Positions 18,008 to 25,596 are shown, counted from the first letter of the stretch. The stretch is 41,901 nt of DNA from a virus (IMGVR_UViG_3300032212_000044:1-41901), one strand, 5' to 3'. The notes: a model not told the origin generated them from the sequence alone. Made by a program: numbers and translations.

Positions 18008-18117
18008 TTAAGGCCCCTTAAAATGTGCTTAAGGATAGTCCTGGCTGTGCGTTTCTTGAGTTTTCTTGATGGCATTGCCTTTGATAAGCGCATTGCTTTT
18101 TTGAAGTGTTTATTCAT
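18004..18117 (-). CDS. Small basic protein (37 aa)
   Basis: MNKHFKKAMRLSKAMPSRKLKKRTARTILKHILRGLK, RBS GGAG, ATGA-coupled to the initiator. Not in the ORF track. Confidence 0.6.
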   Translation of the reverse strand: MNKHFKKAMRLSKAMPSRKLKKRTARTILKHILRGLK

Positions 18118-18132
18118 TATTGATTCTCCAAT

Positions 18133-18243
18133 AAAAAACCCCGCTTAAAGTAGTGCTTTGACCGAGAGACTAAACAAACTCTCGCACTACTCTAAACAGG
18201 GTCTTAAGTTCAGTTTTAAGTTACGTCTACTATCAGGGCCAAA
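18133..18243 (-). ncRNA. C4/CI-like structured attenuator or antisense RNA (putative)
   Basis: 18-bp stem fully paired only on the minus strand (3 G-U), inner hairpin CGAGAG/CTCTCG, 3' U-run, two upstream 7-mers complementary to the mostly unpaired segments. Confidence 0.55.
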
Positions 18244-18273
18244 TCATCCAATAGACAAGGGTATAATAACACA

Positions 18274-18525
18274 TTACTTATCTTCTTGTACCTGCTTTTT
18301 CTCTCTGTGGCATATCTCGCCGTTAGCCATCATCCTTTTATAAGAAACGCCGTTATTCCACTCTATCAAACCAGTGTTCATATCAATATGAGCGTATTTA
18401 GACCACGGCGTTTTAAACCCGCTATCACACACAACTCTGTTGTTTTTTTGCACAGGATTACAGCCTGTTAATGTTATTGCTAATAATACTATTAATGCTC
18501 TTAGTAGCTTTTCTGTGTTATCCAT
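18274..18525 (-). CDS. Putative lipoprotein
   Basis: Hydrophobic stretch ending in lipobox 'LTGC'. Confidence 0.65.
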   Translation of the reverse strand: MDNTEKLLRALIVLLAITLTGCNPVQKNNRVVCDSGFKTPWSKYAHIDMNTGLIEWNNGVSYKRMMANGEICHREKKQVQEDK

Positions 18526-18773
18526 TAGTTAAATAACCCTCCTAACACCCTTGATCCTGCTGCTTGCAAGCCATAGTCGTACTCTCTAGCTGCTCTTTCT
18601 AATGCGCTATGATACATACAGGAACAACCGTTATAACCAGCCAGCTTTCTTTTGTATTTACCCTGTGCAAGCAGTTTAGCCGCTATCTTGACCTCATTCT
18701 TACTAAAGCACTCGTGATTCTTCAATACGAATTTAAGCTGGTCTTTGTCTAGTTCTAGTATTTCTGCTGTCAT
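18525..18773 (-). CDS. Hypothetical protein
   Basis: 82 aa, coupled. Confidence 0.6.
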   Translation of the reverse strand: MTAEILELDKDQLKFVLKNHECFSKNEVKIAAKLLAQGKYKRKLAGYNGCSCMYHSALERAAREYDYGLQAAGSRVLGGLFN

Positions 18774-18898
18774 TTGTATTTATCCCAGTTAGAAACAAAT
18801 TTAGTTCTCGCATATCTTAGCTCAATCTGTATTTCTAGCGGGTATTGAGCAATAACGGATTCATGCCACGCTATAAACTGCTTTAAGTCTTCACTCAT
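18770..18898 (-). CDS. Hypothetical protein (42 aa)
   Basis: RBS AGGTG, ATGA overlap. Not in the ORF track. Confidence 0.55.
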   Translation of the reverse strand: MSEDLKQFIAWHESVIAQYPLEIQIELRYARTKFVSNWDKYK

Positions 18899-18912
18899 AT
18901 ATCACCTATTCG

Positions 18913-19152
18913 TCAAATTGACCCTTTGTCATTTAAAGCAGATACGCCATTTTCTAAACCGCTTAAATAGACCGCTAAAATAGCATCCTGAAAATACTGT
19001 CCAGAATTAACCGAATCAGTAAAAATACTAAGGGCTATATTTGACAGGCCATCTCTAGTTTCTTCGTCCATTGCTGGAGCCTTAGACATATTATTAGGCT
19101 TAATCTTTCCTTTCGTTGATTGTCTAATACTGTGGTGTATCGTGTTTACCAT
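18913..19152 (-). CDS. Hypothetical protein
   Basis: 79 aa, RBS AGGTG, bounded by short direct repeats. Confidence 0.65.
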   Translation of the reverse strand: MVNTIHHSIRQSTKGKIKPNNMSKAPAMDEETRDGLSNIALSIFTDSVNSGQYFQDAILAVYLSGLENGVSALNDKGSI

Positions 19153-19155
19153 AAA

Positions 19156-19518
19156 TCACCTATTCGACAAGTTATATTCGTCAAATTGTCCTTCTTTAAA
19201 CTCGACTCTCTTGCAGGCTATGCAATTAGAACCACGCATTTTTTCTGCCTCTGAAGCTGTTCTAAATGATTCAAATGGGCCTAATTTTCCACCTATAGAA
19301 TATACGTTCAAATACCTTACATGCTTCTCAGGTACGTTGATTAGGTCTCCTGGTTGATTGTCTCGCCCGACTCTTATCTGTCCTTTCTCTGTAAATATTT
19401 CAATGTCCTCAATATCACCTACTAATGCCACTATTGAATAATTGCCAGCTCTATCAGTGCAGATAATCCTTGCCTTTCTTCCGTCTCTTATTTGTACTGG
19501 TTTGTTTAAATCAAGCAT
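19156..19518 (-). CDS. Conserved phage hypothetical protein
   Basis: 'LDLNKPVQIRDGRKARIICTD..YSIVALV' motif. Confidence 0.75.
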   Translation of the reverse strand: MLDLNKPVQIRDGRKARIICTDRAGNYSIVALVGDIEDIEIFTEKGQIRVGRDNQPGDLINVPEKHVRYLNVYSIGGKLGPFESFRTASEAEKMRGSNCIACKRVEFKEGQFDEYNLSNR

Positions 19519-19868
19519 TACTGATCCTCCATAAACCTATTGGCTTTATCTTTAATTTCTACGAAAACATCACGATCTAACATAAAACTAGCTGCTCTCA
19601 CAAATAGTCCTTCAAACGTGTCCTTTCTTATCTTTGCCTCCTCTTTTGTCCTTCTAGAAAGCGCATTAGCGATAAGCTGGTCATTCCTTCCTACCTTCTT
19701 CATAGCTATCTTTGCATTAAATAACCATGTTTTATCCAGTGTTTCCGGTGAATCTTCTGCAAAATCTATCTGAATTTTTATATTATCCAAATCAATCAGA
19801 TTCTCTACTTTAATATCTTTTAGTTCTTCAACTGTCATATCGTCCAACGATAGGTCGGTTATGTGCAT
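19518..19868 (-). CDS. Hypothetical protein
   Basis: 116 aa, RBS AGGAG. Confidence 0.65.
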   Translation of the reverse strand: MHITDLSLDDMTVEELKDIKVENLIDLDNIKIQIDFAEDSPETLDKTWLFNAKIAMKKVGRNDQLIANALSRRTKEEAKIRKDTFEGLFVRAASFMLDRDVFVEIKDKANRFMEDQ

Positions 19869-19953
19869 ATCTATTCTCCTATTAGTTCACCCTTATTCTA
19901 GCTATCATGATGTAAATATCTAATCAAAATAATCTTAGGTGCATTAACTGAAT

Positions 19954-20145
19954 CTATTGTCCTTCAATATCGTATTTAGCATTGAGTTTCATTTTAACTT
20001 CATAAACTAAATTATAAGCATTCGCTAATAAGTCGCTCTCTTCCTCTGTTAGCGCATCCCTGAATATAGGGTTGAATGTTGATAGTAAATTATCAATCCT
20101 TACTACGTTACTTAATAAAATATACTGCTCTTCTGTTACTTTCAT
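19954..20145 (-). CDS. Hypothetical protein
   Basis: 63 aa, RBS AAGGT. Confidence 0.6.
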   Translation of the reverse strand: MKVTEEQYILLSNVVRIDNLLSTFNPIFRDALTEEESDLLANAYNLVYEVKMKLNAKYDIEGQ

Positions 20146-20150
20146 AGTAT

Positions 20151-20333
20151 TTACCTTTTCTTATTCCACTTATTTTGTCTCTTGCTGGTTAAATGCCAAT
20201 ACTCACAATAAGGACATTTATAAGGCCTTAGCTTCTTATACTGTTGTGTCTCACTCTTTCTATTAGCTCTTTTAATAAATAATATCTCCTTCTTTGCTTC
20301 TGACTTATCCTTGTAGCCTATTTTATTACACAT
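20151..20333 (-). CDS. Small zinc-ribbon phage protein
   Basis: 'RPYKCPYCEYWHLTS' motif. Confidence 0.7.
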   Translation of the reverse strand: MCNKIGYKDKSEAKKEILFIKRANRKSETQQYKKLRPYKCPYCEYWHLTSKRQNKWNKKR

Positions 20334-20421
20334 ATATTTACCTCACAGCCTGTCTATTTATTTTATAGTCACCCCACCCTTTTTCTTCCTTGCTAGTTAT
20401 TAGCTCGAGCTCTGGTCAGCA

Positions 20422-20472
20422 TTACTTAACCAGCTCTCTAGGAATACAATCCCCATTTATAAGCTCAATCAC
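20422..20472 (-). pseudogene. Possible N-terminal remnant of a DNA methyltransferase
   Basis: RBS AGGAG and GTG start give MIELINGDCIPRELVK*. 'I.L..GDC' is a typical start of phage beta-class methyltransferases. Confidence 0.4.
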
Positions 20473-20501
20473 AGTAGTATCTCCTAATTAATTAAAATTC
20501 A

Positions 20502-20606
20502 GGCTACTTGATTGGTCGAACAGTGTGAGATATCATACTTATATCGGCTGCCATTGTGGCGGTTGGATACGTAACTTGCATTTACTGTTCAACCGGGTTG
20601 GTAGCC
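20502..20606 (-). promoter_or_regulatory. Long structured leader of the leftward early transcript
   Basis: GGCTAC/GTAGCC and GGTTGAACAGT/ACTGTTCGACC stems enclosing smaller hairpins. Confidence 0.45.
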
Positions 20607-20620
20607 CAGTCGATAACTCT

Positions 20621-20648
20621 AATTTACTACAACAGGTCTGAATGTCAA
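20621..20648 (-). promoter_or_regulatory. Leftward sigma70 promoter
   Basis: TTGACA-16nt-TAAATT. Confidence 0.55.
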
Positions 20649-20687
20649 TGAAAACTAAACAACTAACTCGACCGGAACCCAGAATAT

Positions 20688-20764
20688 CTGGGTGTAGCTC
20701 AGCTTGGTAGAGTAGGAGCTTTGGAAGCTCATTGTCGCAGGTTCAAATCCTGTCACCCAGACCA
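20688..20764 (+). tRNA. tRNA-Pro(TGG)
   Basis: Acceptor CTGGGTG/CACCCAG, D arm GCTC/GAGT, anticodon loop TTTGGAA, T arm GCAGG-TTCAAAT-CCTGT, A73 and encoded CCA. Confidence 0.93.
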
Positions 20765-20795
20765 ACAAGAGGAAACGCACTAGCGGCCTCAAATC

Positions 20796-20827
20796 CTAAG
20801 CCTCATTAATTTGGGGCTTAGTTGTTT
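20796..20827 (+). terminator. Intrinsic terminator after the tRNA
   Basis: CTAAGCCTCA..TGGGGCTTAG followed by TTGTTT. Confidence 0.6.
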
Positions 20828-20867
20828 CTGGTGTATAATAAAGCCTCAAATAACCTACAGGTGATAT

Positions 20868-21128
20868 ATGTCAGAACAAGCAGAACTACCACGTTACAAA
20901 TGTAATAAAGAAGTACGGGCACTTAAAATTGAAGAAATTGTCTTAAATCATAATAGCTCACTGGATTTCTTCTTTGGTGAAGACTTTCAACCAATTAACG
21001 TAGAATCAGAAAACCTTGAAAACAAGCCAGTACCAGAAGTTGGTATGTATTACGTAGTTTATAAAGGTGGTTATTTCTCATTTAGCCCGGCAGATACATT
21101 TGAAGAAGGTTACGAAAGAATAGTATAA
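20868..21128 (+). CDS. Conserved phage protein, candidate anti-defence protein
   Basis: 'LPRYKCNKEVRALKI' and 'GMYYVVYKGGYFSFSPADTFEEGY' motifs. Confidence 0.7.
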   Translation: MSEQAELPRYKCNKEVRALKIEEIVLNHNSSLDFFFGEDFQPINVESENLENKPVPEVGMYYVVYKGGYFSFSPADTFEEGYERIV

Positions 21129-21166
21129 TAAACCCTCACAAACATCATTTATCTATAGGAGATAAT

Positions 21167-21463
21167 ATGAAAACTCTACACAATGACTGTGTTTCTAAAG
21201 CCTCAGAAAACGTAAAAGACATCAATGTATTTGGTAATGGCGATATGTTTAAGCTAATCAGTAAAGCGTCAAGTGATGAAGAGGGCTGGATGAAGTCCAC
21301 CAAAGCCATGCAGATTGACGGTGTTGGCTGTGTTATCCAGGTGACAACCCAGCAAGGCGATAATGTCGCAGAGGCGCTTACGTTCGTTCCTGGCGTTATG
21401 ATATTCGGTGATGGGCCAAATAGAAATATAGTTCCAATTGAAAAAACACAAGTAGGCAGTTAA
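21167..21463 (+). CDS. Conserved phage protein, candidate anti-defence protein
   Basis: 'GNGDMFKLISKASSDEEGWMKSTKAM..GCVIQVTTQQGDNVAEALTFVPG' motif, RBS AGGAG. Confidence 0.75.
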   Translation: MKTLHNDCVSKASENVKDINVFGNGDMFKLISKASSDEEGWMKSTKAMQIDGVGCVIQVTTQQGDNVAEALTFVPGVMIFGDGPNRNIVPIEKTQVGS

Positions 21464-21690
21464 ACTATCCCCACTACTCACCCTCAAAGCTCAGCTAGAG
21501 GGGCTGGCATTCAGGGATGAATGTTCGGCTTAATAAATCAAATTAATAACTATCATAATCACAATCTATTGTACTTCGTTATTTAGTTAGATTAATCTGT
21601 AGGTACACTAACTAACCGGAGGTGATACTTTCTAAACTAGGTTAATCGATAAAACTCCTGTGACTGGTCAGGTAATACCAGTCTATTATG

Positions 21691-21783
21691 GGTTGTGTAG
21701 GCAATGATAGAACCACTATAGCAATAGTTCTATAGTAGCTGATTAGATAAAAGCCAGTTCAAATCTCGCCACGACCTTGACCA
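21691..21783 (+). ncRNA. Degenerate tRNA-like element
   Basis: GGTTGTG/CACGACC acceptor, T arm GCCAG-TTCAAAT-CTCGC, central hairpin ACTATAG/CTATAGT, CCA 4 nt past the stem. Confidence 0.5.
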
Positions 21784-21816
21784 ATTTCACAAGCAAGAGA
21801 CAAGGACGTTACATTT

Positions 21817-21847
21817 AGCCCACTATCTTCTAGTGGGTTCTTTTTTT
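21817..21847 (+). terminator. Intrinsic terminator
   Basis: AGCCCACTA-TCTTC-TAGTGGGTT followed by a T7 run. Confidence 0.8.
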
Positions 21848-22017
21848 GTGTTAGAATATAATTCTCAGCAAAGCACAGGTCAGTCTATCACCTCCCTAAA
21901 GCATTGCTGGGGATTGCTCCCGGCGCTCTGTCGGGAGCTTCTATTAACTCAGTTAATCTACTATCAAATCTTTCTATTTCACTTATCTATACTAATCATT
22001 AAACTTGTATTCAAGAG

Positions 22018-22245
22018 GTGATTATGAAAGTAGATGATCTAGTGAAGGTTAAAGTCGTTTCAGGAGGCAGTCAGTTTTTTGACTATCTAGGGGTATATGA
22101 AGCTCAGATCATTAAATTATCACCTGATGGAAACCATGAAATATGGGTAGCCGATAAGTATAACGAGATTATGCGGTCAAAGATGAAAAATACCTGCCAG
22201 TTAAACGGCGGTGAATTTAAAATATTAATGGAGTTAGTAAAATGA
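22018..22245 (+). CDS. Hypothetical protein
   Basis: RBS GAGGTG, likely ATG at 22024. Confidence 0.6.
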   Translation: MIMKVDDLVKVKVVSGGSQFFDYLGVYEAQIIKLSPDGNHEIWVADKYNEIMRSKMKNTCQLNGGEFKILMELVK

Positions 22246-22511
22246 GAATTGCAGAATTTAAAAGAATTGGCGAGTCATATACTTACAATATGGTTGGCAG
22301 TGAAGAAGAATATGGTGATAACGACGGATATATCCGTATATCTGAATGGGCAGAAGTAGAACTAGTAAGGCTACCTTATGGTGAAGCTGAGAAAGCAGAA
22401 ATAAATGTAATAGACAAACAAATACAAGTCGTTCAAGCCGCTGCTGAAACTAAGATTAATCAGCTAAAAGAGCGTAAAGCTGAACTACTGGCTATTGGGA
22501 GTGACTCATGA
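22242..22511 (+). CDS. Hypothetical phage protein
   Basis: 'YIRISEWAEVE' plus coiled coil, ATGA-coupled. Confidence 0.7.
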   Translation: MRIAEFKRIGESYTYNMVGSEEEYGDNDGYIRISEWAEVELVRLPYGEAEKAEINVIDKQIQVVQAAAETKINQLKERKAELLAIGSDS

Positions 22512-22822
22512 GCTACGACACCAACTACATAAGACCAAACCATGACGCTGCAATGCTTGAGCCTCTGCCTGAGCGTGTTTCTGATGATCAGTATATACAG
22601 GCTAGGAAAGAGCGAGAAAACGAGCTGTACGCTGATTTAGACTATCTTCGTGATGAAGTAATACCAGCTTGTTTAGATAAAATTGCGCTCAATGATTTAT
22701 CTTTTTTCCTTATGCACGACACTGGCGGGGTTAATTTTGTTATGCGTCTATCAAAGGCTTGTAAGGCATATATACAAGAGCAGGCCAGAATAGACATTGA
22801 TAATCAAGGTGATGAGGTATGA
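22508..22822 (+). CDS. Hypothetical protein
   Basis: 104 aa, coupled. Confidence 0.65.
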   Translation: MSYDTNYIRPNHDAAMLEPLPERVSDDQYIQARKERENELYADLDYLRDEVIPACLDKIALNDLSFFLMHDTGGVNFVMRLSKACKAYIQEQARIDIDNQGDEV

Positions 22823-23001
22823 ACGAACAAGACTATATCTATGACCAGATTTATAAAGGCGCATTAAAAGCCGGAGCGAGTGATAGAGCAGCATTACAAG
22901 CGGCTACCACGGGACTACAGAAATACAAGAATAATCAATTTAAGAAAGCCTCATCTTTGATTAATGACAAGATCAAGGAAGCTGTGAAAGATAAATACTA
23001 A
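22819..23001 (+). CDS. Hypothetical protein
   Basis: 60 aa, coupled. Confidence 0.65.
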   Translation: MNEQDYIYDQIYKGALKAGASDRAALQAATTGLQKYKNNQFKKASSLINDKIKEAVKDKY

Positions 23002-23399
23002 TGCAAAAGTTTACCATTTATAAAGAGACTCAGATAACTCCAATAGGGACTTATCTCAGAGGGCTTGATTATTCAGTTCATCCTTATGAGGTCTCGATTA
23101 AGCAAAAACCCCCCACTCGAAGTTTAGAGCAGAACGATAAGATGTGGGCAATGCTTGGAGAAATATCTGAGCAGGTCACATGGTATAACAAGAAGATGAA
23201 ACCAGAACACTGGAAAGACCTCTTCACAGCCGCGTTAAACGGCCAAACGGCTATACCTAACCTGGATGGTACCGGGGTGGTTATGTTGGGCGCTAGAACG
23301 TCTAAAATGACCATTAAACAGATGATAGATGTAATAACAGTAATGGAGGCTTTTGGGGCTGAGAATAATGTTAAGTTTTCGGCTCCTGAGTATAGGTGA
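23001..23399 (+). CDS. ninB: NinB-like recombination protein
   Basis: 'RSLEQNDKMWAMLGEISEQV..EHWKDLF..RTSKMT..AFGAE' matches the lambda NinB family pattern. Confidence 0.85.
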   Translation: MQKFTIYKETQITPIGTYLRGLDYSVHPYEVSIKQKPPTRSLEQNDKMWAMLGEISEQVTWYNKKMKPEHWKDLFTAALNGQTAIPNLDGTGVVMLGARTSKMTIKQMIDVITVMEAFGAENNVKFSAPEYR

Positions 23400-23402
23400 T
23401 AA

Positions 23403-23711
23403 ATGAAAATAAAAAGAATTAAATCAATAAAGATCAACTGCTACGAATTTAAGGTTATATGGGAAAAATCACATGCAGGCGGATCATTTTCGTACCGTGA
23501 TAAATTTATTGAAATAGGCGTCAAAAACTCGACAGAAGACGAAATATTTATGGTTATTTGTCATGAGCTGATGGAAATATGTACGCTTGAAATGAATGTA
23601 AGGCTGCATAGACCGGATTGCGATAGTGACTATATCTTTGTTTACGATCATAGGCAGCATGAAACCATGATGAATATGTTTTCTAGTTTGATAAGTGAGT
23701 TTATAAGGTGA
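23403..23711 (+). CDS. Hypothetical protein (metallopeptidase-like, HELME)
   Basis: 'ICHELME' resembles HExxH with a His-to-Glu change. Confidence 0.5.
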   Translation: MKIKRIKSIKINCYEFKVIWEKSHAGGSFSYRDKFIEIGVKNSTEDEIFMVICHELMEICTLEMNVRLHRPDCDSDYIFVYDHRQHETMMNMFSSLISEFIR

Positions 23712-23714
23712 TAT

Positions 23715-23795
23715 ATGACCCCAATATTTAAAGCAGCGGTATTTAGTTTAGCGTTATGGTTTTTGATTATATGGGCAATATCTAAGTTCGCATGA
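23715..23795 (+). CDS. Small TM peptide (26 aa)
   Basis: RBS AAGGTG, hydrophobic, ATGA overlap. Confidence 0.5.
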   Translation: MTPIFKAAVFSLALWFLIIWAISKFA

Positions 23796-24004
23796 TCTAC
23801 ACCATTGAGAAACACAACGAGAAGGACGCTAAGGGCGCGTACAAGCAGACTAAATACTATATCAAGGCAGGTAGTAGGGTAGTTCACGATATAATGACAG
23901 AAGACCGTACAGACCGTGTTAATCATTTATATGCGTTGTTCTGTTTTGGGTATTGTGAAGTGACCGATGAGCAAATGAGAGAATTTGAGGGCATGAAATT
24001 ATGA
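23792..24004 (+). CDS. Hypothetical protein
   Basis: 70 aa, coupled. Confidence 0.6.
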   Translation: MIYTIEKHNEKDAKGAYKQTKYYIKAGSRVVHDIMTEDRTDRVNHLYALFCFGYCEVTDEQMREFEGMKL

Positions 24005-24089
24005 GTAGACTAGACGACATATTAGAAATTAAAAAAGCCTCTAGGCGAAGAATTAAACAGTATAACAACTTATGCAAAAGGGTAACAAC

Positions 24090-24389
24090 ATGAAATATAG
24101 TGATGCAATTATTACAGATGATAATTTTGATTTAGAGCATGAAAAGTTATGTGAAATTATAGGTGTTCCGCATTTTAATGACGTTGAAATATACGTCAAA
24201 TTACCAAATGGCTTTAGGGAGCAAGAAGCAACTGGAAGAGACGGTAAAGAGCTAGGTTTTAAAGAATTCGTTAGAAGCAAAATAGTGTCGAATAAAGGCA
24301 GTGATTTTCAACAGGCTTTTGAAGTTGGGGAGGTTGCGTATCAATTTGGTAATATGTTTATATCGAAGCATTATGAGATGGTACTTTGA
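24090..24389 (+). CDS. Hypothetical protein
   Basis: Start MKYSD coupled to a 30-aa ORF at 24001-24093. Confidence 0.6.
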   Translation: MKYSDAIITDDNFDLEHEKLCEIIGVPHFNDVEIYVKLPNGFREQEATGRDGKELGFKEFVRSKIVSNKGSDFQQAFEVGEVAYQFGNMFISKHYEMVL

Positions 24390-24449
24390 CCATATAACTA
24401 AATAAATTATGGCTACGAAGAATGTGGTTTATGTGAGGTTCAAGACAGT

Positions 24450-24740
24450 ATGAGCAAGATAACAAAGGCCAGCAAAGGTAGTTCCTGTATTAATTGTGGT
24501 GCTGATGGCGCTTACTCCTGTCATTATAATGGGCCAAGGCAACACGACTACGGCAAAGGCAGAGGTATAAAGTGCAATGATCTGGCTACTGCTGAGTTAT
24601 GCCATGAATGCGATAGAGAGTTTACTGAGGGCAGTAAAAGCCACCTATGGGATAATAAGTGGGAAAGATCAGAGGTGTTTTTGCATTTAATTATGATGAC
24701 CAATATTAGACGTTTAGAGAATGGGGTGATTAGTGAGTAG
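24450..24740 (+). CDS. DUF1364-like zinc-binding nuclease-domain protein
   Basis: 'CINCG..CHYN..GKGRGIKCND..LCHECD'. Confidence 0.7.
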   Translation: MSKITKASKGSSCINCGADGAYSCHYNGPRQHDYGKGRGIKCNDLATAELCHECDREFTEGSKSHLWDNKWERSEVFLHLIMMTNIRRLENGVISE

Positions 24741-25005
24741 AGTTAACCGGCTCAGATCAAAGGTAGACGCTAATCAACCTGAGATAGTAAAAGCATTAAG
24801 AGCTATAAATGGCGTGACTGTAGAGCTAGGAATGGATGATTTTCTAATAGGATACAAGGGCGTGACTTACTGGATAGAGCTAAAAGAGGTCGGCAAAGAG
24901 AAAAACACCACACCACACCAAAAAGAGCTATTAGCTAACTGGAAAGGGCATTATTTAGTCACAAGCTCATTAGATGAAATATTAGAATTATTGGGTCTTA
25001 AGTGA
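24733..25005 (+). CDS. VRR-NUC / PD-(D/E)xK nuclease (resolvase-like)
   Basis: 'KVDANQPEIVKALR..DDFLIGYKG..WIELK..TPHQ'. Confidence 0.8.
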   Translation: MSRVNRLRSKVDANQPEIVKALRAINGVTVELGMDDFLIGYKGVTYWIELKEVGKEKNTTPHQKELLANWKGHYLVTSSLDEILELLGLK

Positions 25006-25238
25006 TGGATCAAATAGCAATAGCTTTAACAGGCGTAGTCGCTATATGGCTATCTCAGGACGAACGTAAGAGTTTTAGACGCTATTCCAGTGTATTTGGG
25101 TTAGTAGGCCAACCCTTCTGGTTTTACTCTGCTTATATGGCTGAACAGTGGGGAATATTTATTTTATGTTTCTTCTACACGTACGCATGGTTTAAGGGCT
25201 TTAAGACTCACTGGATAAACAAAACTGATACCCAATAG
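25002..25238 (+). CDS. Small membrane protein (PnuC-like helices)
   Basis: Three hydrophobic segments, 'GLVGQPFWFY..QWGIF'. Confidence 0.7.
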   Translation: MMDQIAIALTGVVAIWLSQDERKSFRRYSSVFGLVGQPFWFYSAYMAEQWGIFILCFFYTYAWFKGFKTHWINKTDTQ

Positions 25239-25284
25239 AAAACTTTGATTAGTCGGGCTTTAAATAATTTGAGATGATTACCAC

Positions 25285-25431
25285 ATGATATTACTAACTA
25301 GAAACGATATAGAAAACATGATCAGAAACGTAGTTAAAACGGCTACGGAGTCTCTTGAATCAGATCAAAAACAGGACTTACTACAGGATTTGATAGAGTT
25401 ACTTGAAAAGATACAAGGCGAATTAGAATAG
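25285..25431 (+). CDS. Hypothetical protein (48 aa)
   Basis: Open frame filling a gap. Not in the ORF track. Confidence 0.5.
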   Translation: MILLTRNDIENMIRNVVKTATESLESDQKQDLLQDLIELLEKIQGELE

Positions 25432-25446
25432 CCAATGGTGATTGGT

Positions 25447-25596
25447 TGACCAAGGGTTGAAACTTCCCTCATTTGCTTGTGTTTTCCCGACAAGTGGTCA
25501 CGAACGGGATTTAGAGTTATATCGCGCGTCTGGATTCCGCTAAGATTAGTTGGACGTAAAAGCACAGTTAGCGGCGACTTGCCGATCGTAAGCGGC
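25447..25596 (+). promoter_or_regulatory. Structured leader with two potential pseudoknots
   Basis: TGACCA/TGGTCA junction with loop TCCCG pairing to CGGGA. CGTCTG/TGGACG with loop CCGCTAA pairing to TTAGCGG. Confidence 0.45.

Noticed and set aside
20688-20764. tRNA as an attP/prophage boundary
   Set aside because: No integrase, no duplicated tRNA 3' end and no host genes
25447-25510. HDV-like (theta) ribozyme, suggested by CGAACGGGA
   Set aside because: Helix order does not fit the nested double pseudoknot, and there is no P3/L3 element
25527-25596. Pistol ribozyme
   Set aside because: The first stem and pseudoknot are superficially similar, but the second-stem partner and GU cleavage site are absent
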